From an uncultured archaeon (lineage in GTDB: Archaea; Iainarchaeota; Iainarchaeia; Iainarchaeales; 0-14-0-20-30-16): a DNA stretch of 17,888 nucleotides. The stretch spans positions 1 through 17,888 of the forward strand of contig CAZMCX010000008.1 of NCBI GenBank assembly GCA_964565125.1, given 5' to 3'. Below, one piece after another: positions 8,387 to 14,487 of this stretch. Under the pieces are notes generated by a model. It was given only the letters and a program-made list of their open reading frames with translations. It ran no database searches and was not told where the DNA came from. How positions within the stretch are numbered: the stretch's first letter is position 1; each line of letters opens with the position of its first letter. A program made the position numbers and the translations under genes.

Positions 8387-8561
8387 TCCCGACTCCCGGA
8401 TTTGAACCGGGGATCTTCCGGTTTCTGCTTAACATTACACAAAAACCTTTACGCCTCCTCTAAGAGGGTGCTGTTTTTATGCTCCTTACCTAAGAAGGTA
8501 ATGTTATAATGAAGCACATTACATCTACAGCCGGACGCGTTAGCCGCTACGCTAAGTCGGG
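8387..8561 (-). tRNA. tRNA-Tyr (GUA) with a 102-nt intron at the canonical 37/38 position (exons 8561-8525 and 8422-8387)
   Basis: Read on the minus strand: acceptor CCCGACT/AGTCGGG (C1-G72), U8 A9, D stem GCGT/ACGC, anticodon stem TCCGG/CCGGA and loop CTGTAG|intron|A. Then variable AGATC, T arm CCCGG-TTCAAAT-CCGGG and A73. CCA is not encoded. The intron is bounded by a 4-bp helix CUGU/GCAG with 3-nt bulges AG|A and AA|A, which is BHB-like. Confidence 0.9.
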
Positions 8562-8587
8562 CTAGGCTTTTTCAAAAAAAGCCTAAG
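8562..8587 (-). other. T-run/A-run hairpin directly next to the tRNA-Tyr 5' end
   Basis: The sense strand reads CTTAGGCTTTTTTTGAAAAAGCCTAG. This forms an 11-bp stem with one bulged base, and it ends at position -1 of the tRNA. Confidence 0.7.
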
Positions 8588-8688
8588 TTCGCCAAAAACA
8601 GATGTATTGTTTACACAATACATTTTGCTTCGCAAACTAAAAAGTTTAGGATTTAAAATTTAAGGGGCAAATCCTTTATAAAGGTTTG

Positions 8689-9096
8689 TTACTCTTTCTG
8701 TTCTAAATAGGTTAAAATTATTTTGAAGCCTGAAAGAGCCTTACCAGACATCAATATACCATCAAAGTTCTTGTCTTTGTGTTTATATATTATCCTTACT
8801 CTACCAAAAATAAAATCTTTTATGAAATCGTATTTCAATTCTCCAAGACCTTTAACTATCTCATGAGGTTCAAAGTACTTTACATTCTTCAAAGTACTGT
8901 TCTCAAAGTAATTTACACTAAAATTTAATACTTTCCCTTCAAAAGTAACAACATTTGCGTGATGAATATTATTTTCTCTCATAGCCTGTTTTATACAGTC
9001 TAAGACATCATCATTTTCATCGAGAGTAAGCTCTAGTTCCTTTTGCTTTATTTTAGTAGGATCATACATTTCTGAATTTACATTATTTGTAGGCAC
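8689..9096 (-). CDS. PPC (DUF296)-like domain protein (tentative)
   Basis: GAGGTGA lies 4 nt before GTG 9096. The pattern LTLDENDDVLDCIKQAMRENNIHHANVVTFEGKVLNFSVNYFE...EPHEIVKGLGELK...GRVRIIY...FDGILMSGKALSGFKIIL resembles the PPC/DUF296 layout. I recalled that layout from memory and did not search it. Confidence 0.8.
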   Translation of the reverse strand: MPTNNVNSEMYDPTKIKQKELELTLDENDDVLDCIKQAMRENNIHHANVVTFEGKVLNFSVNYFENSTLKNVKYFEPHEIVKGLGELKYDFIKDFIFGRVRIIYKHKDKNFDGILMSGKALSGFKIILTYLEQKE

Positions 9097-9243
9097 ATTT
9101 TCACCTCTCGCCCTTCTTATTTATATATTATATAACTAATAAGAGTAAATAAAAATCTATGTTTTGATAGAGAAAGCTTTATAACTCTTTTTCAACAATA
9201 TTAATCTATTCTTATTATATAATAATAATCTATTGTATGCTCG

Positions 9244-9333
9244 TTTTTCTTTCTTTGGACAGACGGTGTTACAAAGGCGAATGTTTGTAACATACTTGTA
9301 CAAGATTCTTTCAAGAATCTTTTACACGGTGTA
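9244..9333 (+). repeat. Copy 1 of a 90-nt two-hairpin element (U1), upstream of tRNA-Ile
   Basis: 81 of 90 positions are identical to 9696-9785. Hairpin 1 spans 9267-9292 (TGTTACAAA / TTTGTAACA). Hairpin 2 spans 9298-9325 (GTAcAAGATTC..GAATCTTtTAC). Confidence 0.85.
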
Positions 9334-9337
9334 CTTT

Positions 9338-9364
9338 CCTTTCTTTTTCTAAAAGAAAGAAAGG
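9338..9364 (+). other. T-run/A-run hairpin 5 nt upstream of tRNA-Ile
   Basis: CCTTTCTTTTT ctaaa AGAAAGAAAGG forms an 11 bp stem including one G-U pair. Confidence 0.7.
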
Positions 9365-9369
9365 CCTCG

Positions 9370-9444
9370 GGGGATGTAGCTTAGCCTGGTTGGAGCACCC
9401 GACTGATAATCGGGAGGCCGCCGGTTCGAATCCGGCCTTCCCCA
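9370..9444 (+). tRNA. tRNA-Ile (GAU)
   Basis: Acceptor GGGGATG/CTTCCCC (U6-U67 mismatch), U8 A9, D arm GCTT-AGCCTGGTTG-GAGC. Anticodon arm CCCGA-CTGATAA-TCGGG, variable AGGCC, T arm GCCGG-TTCGAAT-CCGGC, A73. CCA is not encoded, and TTTTT follows. Confidence 0.9.
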
Positions 9445-9486
9445 CTTTTTGTGGATTTGATAGTATGCTTGAGCTATGCGAAACAT

Positions 9487-9531
9487 GTGTCAAAATGGCA
9501 TTTGAGCTTTTGACACTTTGTATAAGATTTG
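9487..9531 (+). repeat. Hairpin-plus-tail motif (X1): GTGTCAAAA..TTTTGACAC then TTTGTATAAGATTTG
   Basis: A 9-bp stem spans 9487-9516, and the tail spans 9517-9531. It resembles 13566-13619. Confidence 0.65.
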
Positions 9532-9591
9532 AAACCTTATGTTTCTAATCTTTTACACTACAAGTCGTTGACTCACTTAAGGGTCATGAGG

Positions 9592-9606
9592 ATCCGGCCT
9601 TCCACA
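9592..9606 (+). other. Orphan duplicate of the tRNA-Ile 3' end
   Basis: ATCCGGCCTTCCACA matches ATCCGGCCTTCCCCA (9430-9444) at 14 of 15 positions. I found no matching T-stem 5' strand or anticodon arm upstream. Confidence 0.7.
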
Positions 9607-9636
9607 TTCTATTTTCTTTTTCAAAGAAAACAGTTT

Positions 9637-9694
9637 CCCCTACGATAAGTTTGTGGATATCAATTTGCAAGCAAATTGAACTTGCAAAGCAAGT
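9637..9694 (+). repeat. tRNA-trailer motif copy T1 (ACGATAAGTTTGTGGATA plus ATTTGCAAGCAAAT hairpin plus a second hairpin)
   Basis: It shares the core ACGATAAG-TTGT-GATA (16/18) and an ATTTGCAA..GCAAAT hairpin with 17822-17873. Confidence 0.7.
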
Positions 9695-9695
9695 A

Positions 9696-9785
9696 TTTTT
9701 CTTTCTTTCCACAGACGGTGTTGCAAAGGCGAATGTTTGCAACATACTTGTAAAAGATTCTTGAAAGAATCTTCTACACGGTATA
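9696..9785 (+). repeat. Copy 2 of the 90-nt two-hairpin element (U2), upstream of the peptidase gene
   Basis: See 9244-9333. Hairpin 1 spans 9719-9744 and hairpin 2 spans 9750-9777. Confidence 0.85.
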
Positions 9786-9818
9786 TCTGATTTTTAAATT
9801 CTAACACATTACTTATTT

Positions 9819-10364
9819 ATGCAAAAAGAATATCCTGTTGTAAGTAGTGTTGCAGGATTGTGTGTTCCTGCTTGTTTAAGGTCTATTTTATTGACTAAAA
9901 AAATGGATTTCAGTATTGAAAAAATTGCAAAAGATTTGGGCATAGAAATTCCTAAAAAATATACTGAAAAATATCCTGATCTTAAAATAAATAAACAAAA
10001 TATTTTCAAACAACCAATAAACGAAGAAAAATACAGCATAAATAATTTTTTTAAGAAGAACGGAATTCCTTTTAAAATGAAACTGGTTTATACCAAAGAT
10101 ACTACAAAATTAAAAGAAATATTAAAAAAACATTTTCACAAAGCAGATATTGCTGTATGCTATGATTTTCCTACCTCAACAAACAAACCAGGAAAATTGG
10201 GGCACATTGCAATAATATTTAAATTAGATAAAAATACTTTAGAATTATCGCACCCATCAAATATTAATAAAAATATTGTTAGTTATGTTAAATTGACAAA
10301 AGCTATTCAAACACATTCTAAAAAGAAAATGGCTGGCATTTGGATTTTCAAAAAAGATAAATAG
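9819..10364 (+). CDS. Papain-fold / peptidase C39-like cysteine peptidase (tentative)
   Basis: The N-terminal VAGLCVPACLRSIL resembles the catalytic-Cys helix of C39-like peptidases. A later GKLGHIAIIF resembles the catalytic His strand. There is no SD, and A/T-rich TATA-like sequence lies 20-35 nt upstream, suggesting a leaderless or short-leader mRNA. Confidence 0.8.
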   Translation: MQKEYPVVSSVAGLCVPACLRSILLTKKMDFSIEKIAKDLGIEIPKKYTEKYPDLKINKQNIFKQPINEEKYSINNFFKKNGIPFKMKLVYTKDTTKLKEILKKHFHKADIAVCYDFPTSTNKPGKLGHIAIIFKLDKNTLELSHPSNINKNIVSYVKLTKAIQTHSKKKMAGIWIFKKDK

Positions 10365-10397
10365 CGTTAAAATTAGTAAATAAATAATAAAAAGAAA

Positions 10398-10421
10398 AAA
10401 AAGCTAATTGCTTAGCTTTTT
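10398..10421. terminator. Bidirectional hairpin between convergent genes
   Basis: AAAAAGCTAA ttgc TTAGCTTTTT forms a perfect 10-bp stem, with A/T runs on both sides. Confidence 0.55.
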
Positions 10422-10444
10422 ATGCCTGAAAAAAGTAGAAAGTT

Positions 10445-10636
10445 TTACATTTCTTTTACTTTTGTTGCTTTTGGGCCTTTCTCATCAGATTCTATTTCGA
10501 AACTAACTTTAGTTCCTTCTTTCAAAATAGTTCTTGGTTCAACACCAGTCTGGTGAACAAAATAATCTTTGCCATCTTCTCCAGCAATAAAACCAAATCT
10601 TTTTTTAAAATTGTAGAATTTTACAGTTCCTTCCAT
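10445..10636 (-). CDS. csp: Cold-shock domain protein (CspA family)
   Basis: GTVKFYNFKKRFGFI (RNP1-like), DYFVHQTGV (RNP2-like) and EGTKVSFEIESDEKGPKATKV are present. The protein is 63 aa. GGAGTGA lies 7 nt upstream of the ATG. Confidence 0.92.
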   Translation of the reverse strand: MEGTVKFYNFKKRFGFIAGEDGKDYFVHQTGVEPRTILKEGTKVSFEIESDEKGPKATKVKEM

Positions 10637-10784
10637 GTTTTTTCACTCCGTTTTTGTTTTAATAGCCTAATTTAAGGCTATATCTAATACATTCAGAAAG
10701 ATATATAAATCCTGACTCTGGTTATGTAGCTCATACACACAAATTACTTTATAAACTAAAGGGTATTATTATTTTTGTGATTTT

Positions 10785-11297
10785 ATGGAAAGATTTATGA
10801 ATTATATTTTTATGGTTTTGATTGCTGGTTTTTTTACTGCAATTGTATTTTATGCAGCACATGTATTTTTTCCTGTAGATAATAATAATTGCTGGGACAA
10901 ATACAGCACCCCAAGTATAACACCAAAAGATAATAATTATGATGACCCAGCATATGTTGCTAAGCAAAACGAAATACAAAAAAAAGTTAATACCTGCAAT
11001 GAGGCATATGATATAACTAGAAAGTCACAAGAAAGATATAAATTAATTTTAATTGGGGCAGTTAACATACTTGTATTGTTAGCATTAATCTTTTTGGGAT
11101 TGAACTTTGTTAGCTTTGGTGTTTTTGTTGGTGTTTTATTAAGTTCAATAATTGCTGCTTTGGCGTATTATGATTCATCATCAATAATTGCATTAATAAT
11201 TGTCATTGTATTATTTGTTGAAGCAATAATATTACTAACAAAATCAATTAATGGAAAACAAAAAGTTGAAAAATTAAATAAGAAAAAGAGAAGGTAA
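10785..11297 (+). CDS. Hypothetical membrane protein (one N-terminal and about three C-terminal TM helices)
   Basis: Hydrophobic segments include NYIFMVLIAGFFTAIVFYAAHVFF, LILIGAVNILVLLALIFLGL, FVSFGVFVGVLLSSIIAALAYY and IIALIIVIVLFVEAIILL. The start could instead be the second ATG at 10797. Confidence 0.7.
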   Translation: MERFMNYIFMVLIAGFFTAIVFYAAHVFFPVDNNNCWDKYSTPSITPKDNNYDDPAYVAKQNEIQKKVNTCNEAYDITRKSQERYKLILIGAVNILVLLALIFLGLNFVSFGVFVGVLLSSIIAALAYYDSSSIIALIIVIVLFVEAIILLTKSINGKQKVEKLNKKKRR

Positions 11298-11302
11298 AAG
11301 AA

Positions 11303-12988
11303 TTAAAAACTTTTTCTTGGGAATCTGCCCTGAAATTTAGGATTTCTTCCTTTTTTTATTTGGCCAAATTTCTTTTTTTTTTCTTTAAATTCCCTGTCTG
11401 GTCTATCAGATCTTTCTTTTTTAAAACTATTTGTATATTCTGGTCTTCCTGCTAAATAATCTCTATCACGTCTAAAACTTTTAGGTACAAATTTTGGTTT
11501 TCTATCTTCTCTTTTATCGTTTTGATATGTTCTATTTTCAAAGGATCTTGGTTTGTCTCTATCGAATCTAGTTTTATTTCTATCAAAACTATGTCTCGGT
11601 CTATCAAAATGATCCCCACCAAATCTTGGTTTGTCACCAAAACTTTTTCTTGATCTATCCCTACCAAATTTAGGTCTATCTCCAAAATCTCTTCTTGGTC
11701 TATCTTCAAAACTTCTTTTTGGTTTATTAGAATCAAATTCTCTTTTAGGTTTTTCTAAATTATCTAAGCCAGGTCTAAAATTATCTTGTTTAAATTTATT
11801 ATCTCTATTATAATCATTATGTTCTAATCTATCATTTCTATTGTGGCCAAAATGTCTAGGTTTATTGGCTAAGGCCCAAACATCAGTATTTTTGTTATCT
11901 ATGCTATGTTGACTTCTAACAGGCCTTTTGCCTTCTCTTCTTTGGCTTTTGTAAACATCATCATCTGTCATGAAAGTTATTGCATAACCTTTTGCACCCA
12001 TTCTTCCTGTTCTTCCTATTCTGTGCTTATGAGTATCTTTATCTCTTGCAACATCATAATTTACAACAAATTCGATATTATCTATTTGTAAACCTCTTGC
12101 AGCAACATCTGTTGCTACCAAAACACTTACTCTTCCTTGTTTAAAATCTCTAAGTGCTAATTCTCTGAATTTTTGAGATTTATCACCATGAATACTTGCT
12201 ACTAAAAACCCTGATTTACTTAATTTACGTTCTAAATTATCTGCTTCCCTTTTAGTTGAAACAAAAACTAAAACTCTTTTGCCTTGAGCTTTCTTAACAA
12301 CATCCAATAAATATAAAAATTTATCCTGCCTTTTGACTTCTATTTTATTTTCAAATATATCTTTCCCTACAAGCTCAGTATGAATCATTACTTCTTTATA
12401 ATTTGGAATGTATTTATGAATCAATTTTGTTATTCCTGTTTCTAAAGTTGCAGAAAATAGTAATGTGTTTTTTGGTCTAAAGAAATCCATTATTTTGTTC
12501 AAATCATCAATAAAACCCATATCCAATATTCTATCGGCTTCATCTAAAATAACAGTATCGAACATGTCGCGTTTTATAACATTATTTCTTATATGATCTA
12601 ATAATCTTCCTGGAGTTGCACATAAAATATCTACTCCTTTTTTTATTAATTGGACTTCCTGCATAATCCCGTGGCCACCATAAACAACCTGTACTTTCAA
12701 ACCTGTGTATCTATTTATTTTGTGTAATTCTTCTCTTACTTGCACAACTAATTCACGTGTTGGCCCAACAATCAAAACACCATTTATTTTGCCTTGCAAA
12801 AGTCTTTCTGAAACACCAATTCCAAATGCTGCAGTTTTTCCTGAACCAGTAAAACTTTTGCAAATAATATTATTTCCTTCAATAACCAAAGGAATAGTTT
12901 TTTCTTGCACCTCAGTAGGCACATCATATTTCATTTCTTTTATAGCTTTTTTTATTTTTTCACTAAATTGTATATCTTCAAATTTCAT
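11303..12988 (-). CDS. DEAD-box ATP-dependent RNA helicase with an about 215-aa Arg/Lys/Asp/Phe-rich repeat tail
   Basis: The helicase motifs are present: Q-motif region (F..L...I....Y..PTEVQ), TGSGKTAAF, PTRELVVQV, TPGRLLD, VILDEADRILDMGF, SAT, ARGLQIDNIEFVVNYD and HRIGRTGRMG. AGGTGGA lies 4 nt before the ATG. Confidence 0.95.
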   Translation of the reverse strand: MKFEDIQFSEKIKKAIKEMKYDVPTEVQEKTIPLVIEGNNIICKSFTGSGKTAAFGIGVSERLLQGKINGVLIVGPTRELVVQVREELHKINRYTGLKVQVVYGGHGIMQEVQLIKKGVDILCATPGRLLDHIRNNVIKRDMFDTVILDEADRILDMGFIDDLNKIMDFFRPKNTLLFSATLETGITKLIHKYIPNYKEVMIHTELVGKDIFENKIEVKRQDKFLYLLDVVKKAQGKRVLVFVSTKREADNLERKLSKSGFLVASIHGDKSQKFRELALRDFKQGRVSVLVATDVAARGLQIDNIEFVVNYDVARDKDTHKHRIGRTGRMGAKGYAITFMTDDDVYKSQRREGKRPVRSQHSIDNKNTDVWALANKPRHFGHNRNDRLEHNDYNRDNKFKQDNFRPGLDNLEKPKREFDSNKPKRSFEDRPRRDFGDRPKFGRDRSRKSFGDKPRFGGDHFDRPRHSFDRNKTRFDRDKPRSFENRTYQNDKREDRKPKFVPKSFRRDRDYLAGRPEYTNSFKKERSDRPDREFKEKKKKFGQIKKGRNPKFQGRFPRKSF

Positions 12989-13034
12989 TTTTCCACCTTA
13001 AACAGCATATCTTTATATGTAAGTATTTATTTTT

Positions 13035-13484
13035 TTAATCTTTTTTACTGGGTTGGTTTTTTAAATTTATTTTCAAAGGGAATTCTTTTTTAAGATTTTC
13101 TTTAACTTTTTCTGCAGTTTGTTTTAATTTTAATGTATTCTCCTCTGCTTTCTTTGTTAGTCTGTTCATAAATTTTATTGCAACAAAAATTGCCAGAGCA
13201 ATTATTATAAAATCTATAATTGTGTTGACAAAAGCGCCATACTTTATTATTGGTGCGCCTGCTATTTGTGCTTCTGCTAAAGTAGCATATGTTTTTGTTG
13301 ACAAATTAATAAATAACTGCGAAAAGTCAGCACCACCTAAAAGCAAACCAATTGGTGGCATTATAACATCATTTACCAAAGAACTGATAACCTTGCCAAA
13401 AGCAGCACCTATTACAATACCTATTGCCAAATCAACTGCATTTCCTTTTACAGCAAACTCTTTAAATTCCTTTATAAAACCCAT
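13035..13484 (-). CDS. mscL: Large-conductance mechanosensitive channel MscL
   Basis: [52 protein letters not shown] is the near-canonical MscL N-terminus and TM1. TM2 is [23 protein letters not shown]. Confidence 0.95.
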   Translation of the reverse strand: MGFIKEFKEFAVKGNAVDLAIGIVIGAAFGKVISSLVNDVIMPPIGLLLGGADFSQLFINLSTKTYATLAEAQIAGAPIIKYGAFVNTIIDFIIIALAIFVAIKFMNRLTKKAEENTLKLKQTAEKVKENLKKEFPLKINLKNQPSKKD

Positions 13485-13565
13485 AATATACTATAATCAT
13501 ATATAAATATATATATAGCTAACATGTTTTTCTATTTGGTTATATCCTCGCAACATATAAAATTT

Positions 13566-13619
13566 GTGTCATTAAGGCTTTGTATTCCAAAGATCTTATG
13601 ACACTTTGTAAAATATTTG
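13566..13619 (+). repeat. Hairpin-plus-tail motif (X2): GTGTCAT..ATGACAC then TTTGTAAAATATTTG
   Basis: TGACACTTTGTAAAATATTTG (13599-13619) matches TGACACTTTGTATAAGATTTG (9511-9531) at 19 of 21 positions. Both follow a GTGTCA-initiated hairpin. Confidence 0.65.
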
Positions 13620-13674
13620 TGTCGATAGACATAAAATATTCTACACTGTATGTCTAATGTGATAAGTGATGTAG

Positions 13675-14417
13675 ATGGCATTATTGTACATTTTAATTAG
13701 TATTGTATTAGTCTGCTTGATTTCAGTAATAGGTCTAATCTTATTTGGATTAAAGGACAAATTATTGCAAAAAATAACACATTTATTAGTGAGTTTTGCA
13801 GCAGGTTCTCTTTTAGGAAGTGCTTTTATACATTTATTGCCAGAATCAATAGAAACTTTAGATTTGTATTTTCCTTTTTTGTTTTTCCTATTGGGATTCA
13901 TAATTTCTTTTGTTGTTGAAAAGTTTTTACATTGGAGAATTGTCATGAAAAAAACTGTAAACTTCACAATATAGCATATTTAAACCTGTTTGGAGATGCA
14001 ATTCACAACTTTATAGATGGAATAAGTATATGTGTTGCTTTTCTTACTAATATAAGTATTGGAATAACAACAACAATAGCCATAGCAATACATGAAATAC
14101 CTCAAGAAATAGGAGATTTTGCTATTTTAATACATTCAGGATTATCAAAAACCAAAGCAATATTTTATAACTTTCTAAGTGCTTTATGCGCATTATTAGG
14201 AGCATTACTTGCTTATGTTTTTGCAAGTCACCTCTTAAATGCAATACCATATTTAATGTCTATTGTAGCAGGAGGTTTTGTTTATCTAGCAACCTGCGAT
14301 TTAATACCTGAATTACACAAAACAACTAAAATAAAAGACTCTATCTTTCAATTTGTCTTCCTTATATTGGGTATACTACTAATGCTAATCCTAAAGAAAT
14401 ACCTTTTGATAGCTTAA
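13675..14417 (+). pseudogene. ZIP-family (GufA/ZupT-like) metal transporter split by a 1-nt frameshift near 13935-13955
   Basis: The N-terminal ORF (13675-13974) ends EKFLHWRIVMKKTVNFTI*. The overlapping ORF in another frame reads (L)ENCHEKNCKLHNIAYLNLFGDAIHNFIDG...HEIPQEIGDFAIL, which carries the ZIP signature motifs. Together they would give about 247 aa. An A7 run lies at 13948-13954. Confidence 0.8.
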
Positions 14418-14487
14418 GCCAAGATTATGTCTAATTATCTGAGTTAAAGAAGGAGGGTTTATAAACATTTTGGTAGGAATTTATCTT

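Noticed and set aside
8423-8524. C/D box sRNA embedded in the tRNA-Tyr intron. I also considered the ATGATGC at about 7683-7689 as a C box.
   Set aside because: There is no RUGAUGA / CUGA box pair at appropriate spacing in either place.
9338-9364. The A/T palindromes upstream of the tRNAs acting as TATA boxes for leaderless tRNA transcription, as in Nanoarchaeum.
   Set aside because: The hairpin centres lie only 13-20 nt from tRNA +1 and at variable distance. The expected distance is about 26-27 nt, so initiation would fall inside the tRNA.
9311-9493. 60-aa minus-strand ORF in the track.
   Set aside because: It overlaps tRNA-Ile and its flanking hairpin. The ORF is a by-product of the GC-rich tRNA sequence.
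9445-9606. Possible second, split or intron-containing tRNA between tRNA-Ile and the duplicated 3' end. The segment has GTGGATT..TTCCACA acceptor-like ends and an ATAG/CTAT D-arm-like helix.
   Set aside because: No T-stem 5' strand is complementary to CCGGC. No 7-nt anticodon loop with U33 could be placed. The D loop lacks GG. Splicing the first tRNA body to the second 3' end gives a worse acceptor stem than the intact gene. I treat it as a duplication scar plus insert.
9244-9785. CRISPR array or other regularly spaced repeat cluster around the tRNA-Ile locus.
   Set aside because: There are only two long copies, 452 bp apart, and the intervening sequences are heterogeneous and structured. 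There is no repeat-spacer periodicity and there are no cas genes.
11452-11813. Alternative-frame ORFs (94 aa on the minus strand, 60 aa on the plus strand) inside the helicase tail.
   Set aside because: They are produced by the low-complexity repeat region of the DEAD-box C-terminus. The helicase frame is continuous with the conserved core.
13222-13967. ORFs antisense to mscL (13222-13506) and to the ZIP N-terminal fragment (13641-13967).
   Set aside because: They lie opposite genes with unambiguous family signatures. They are typical shadow ORFs.
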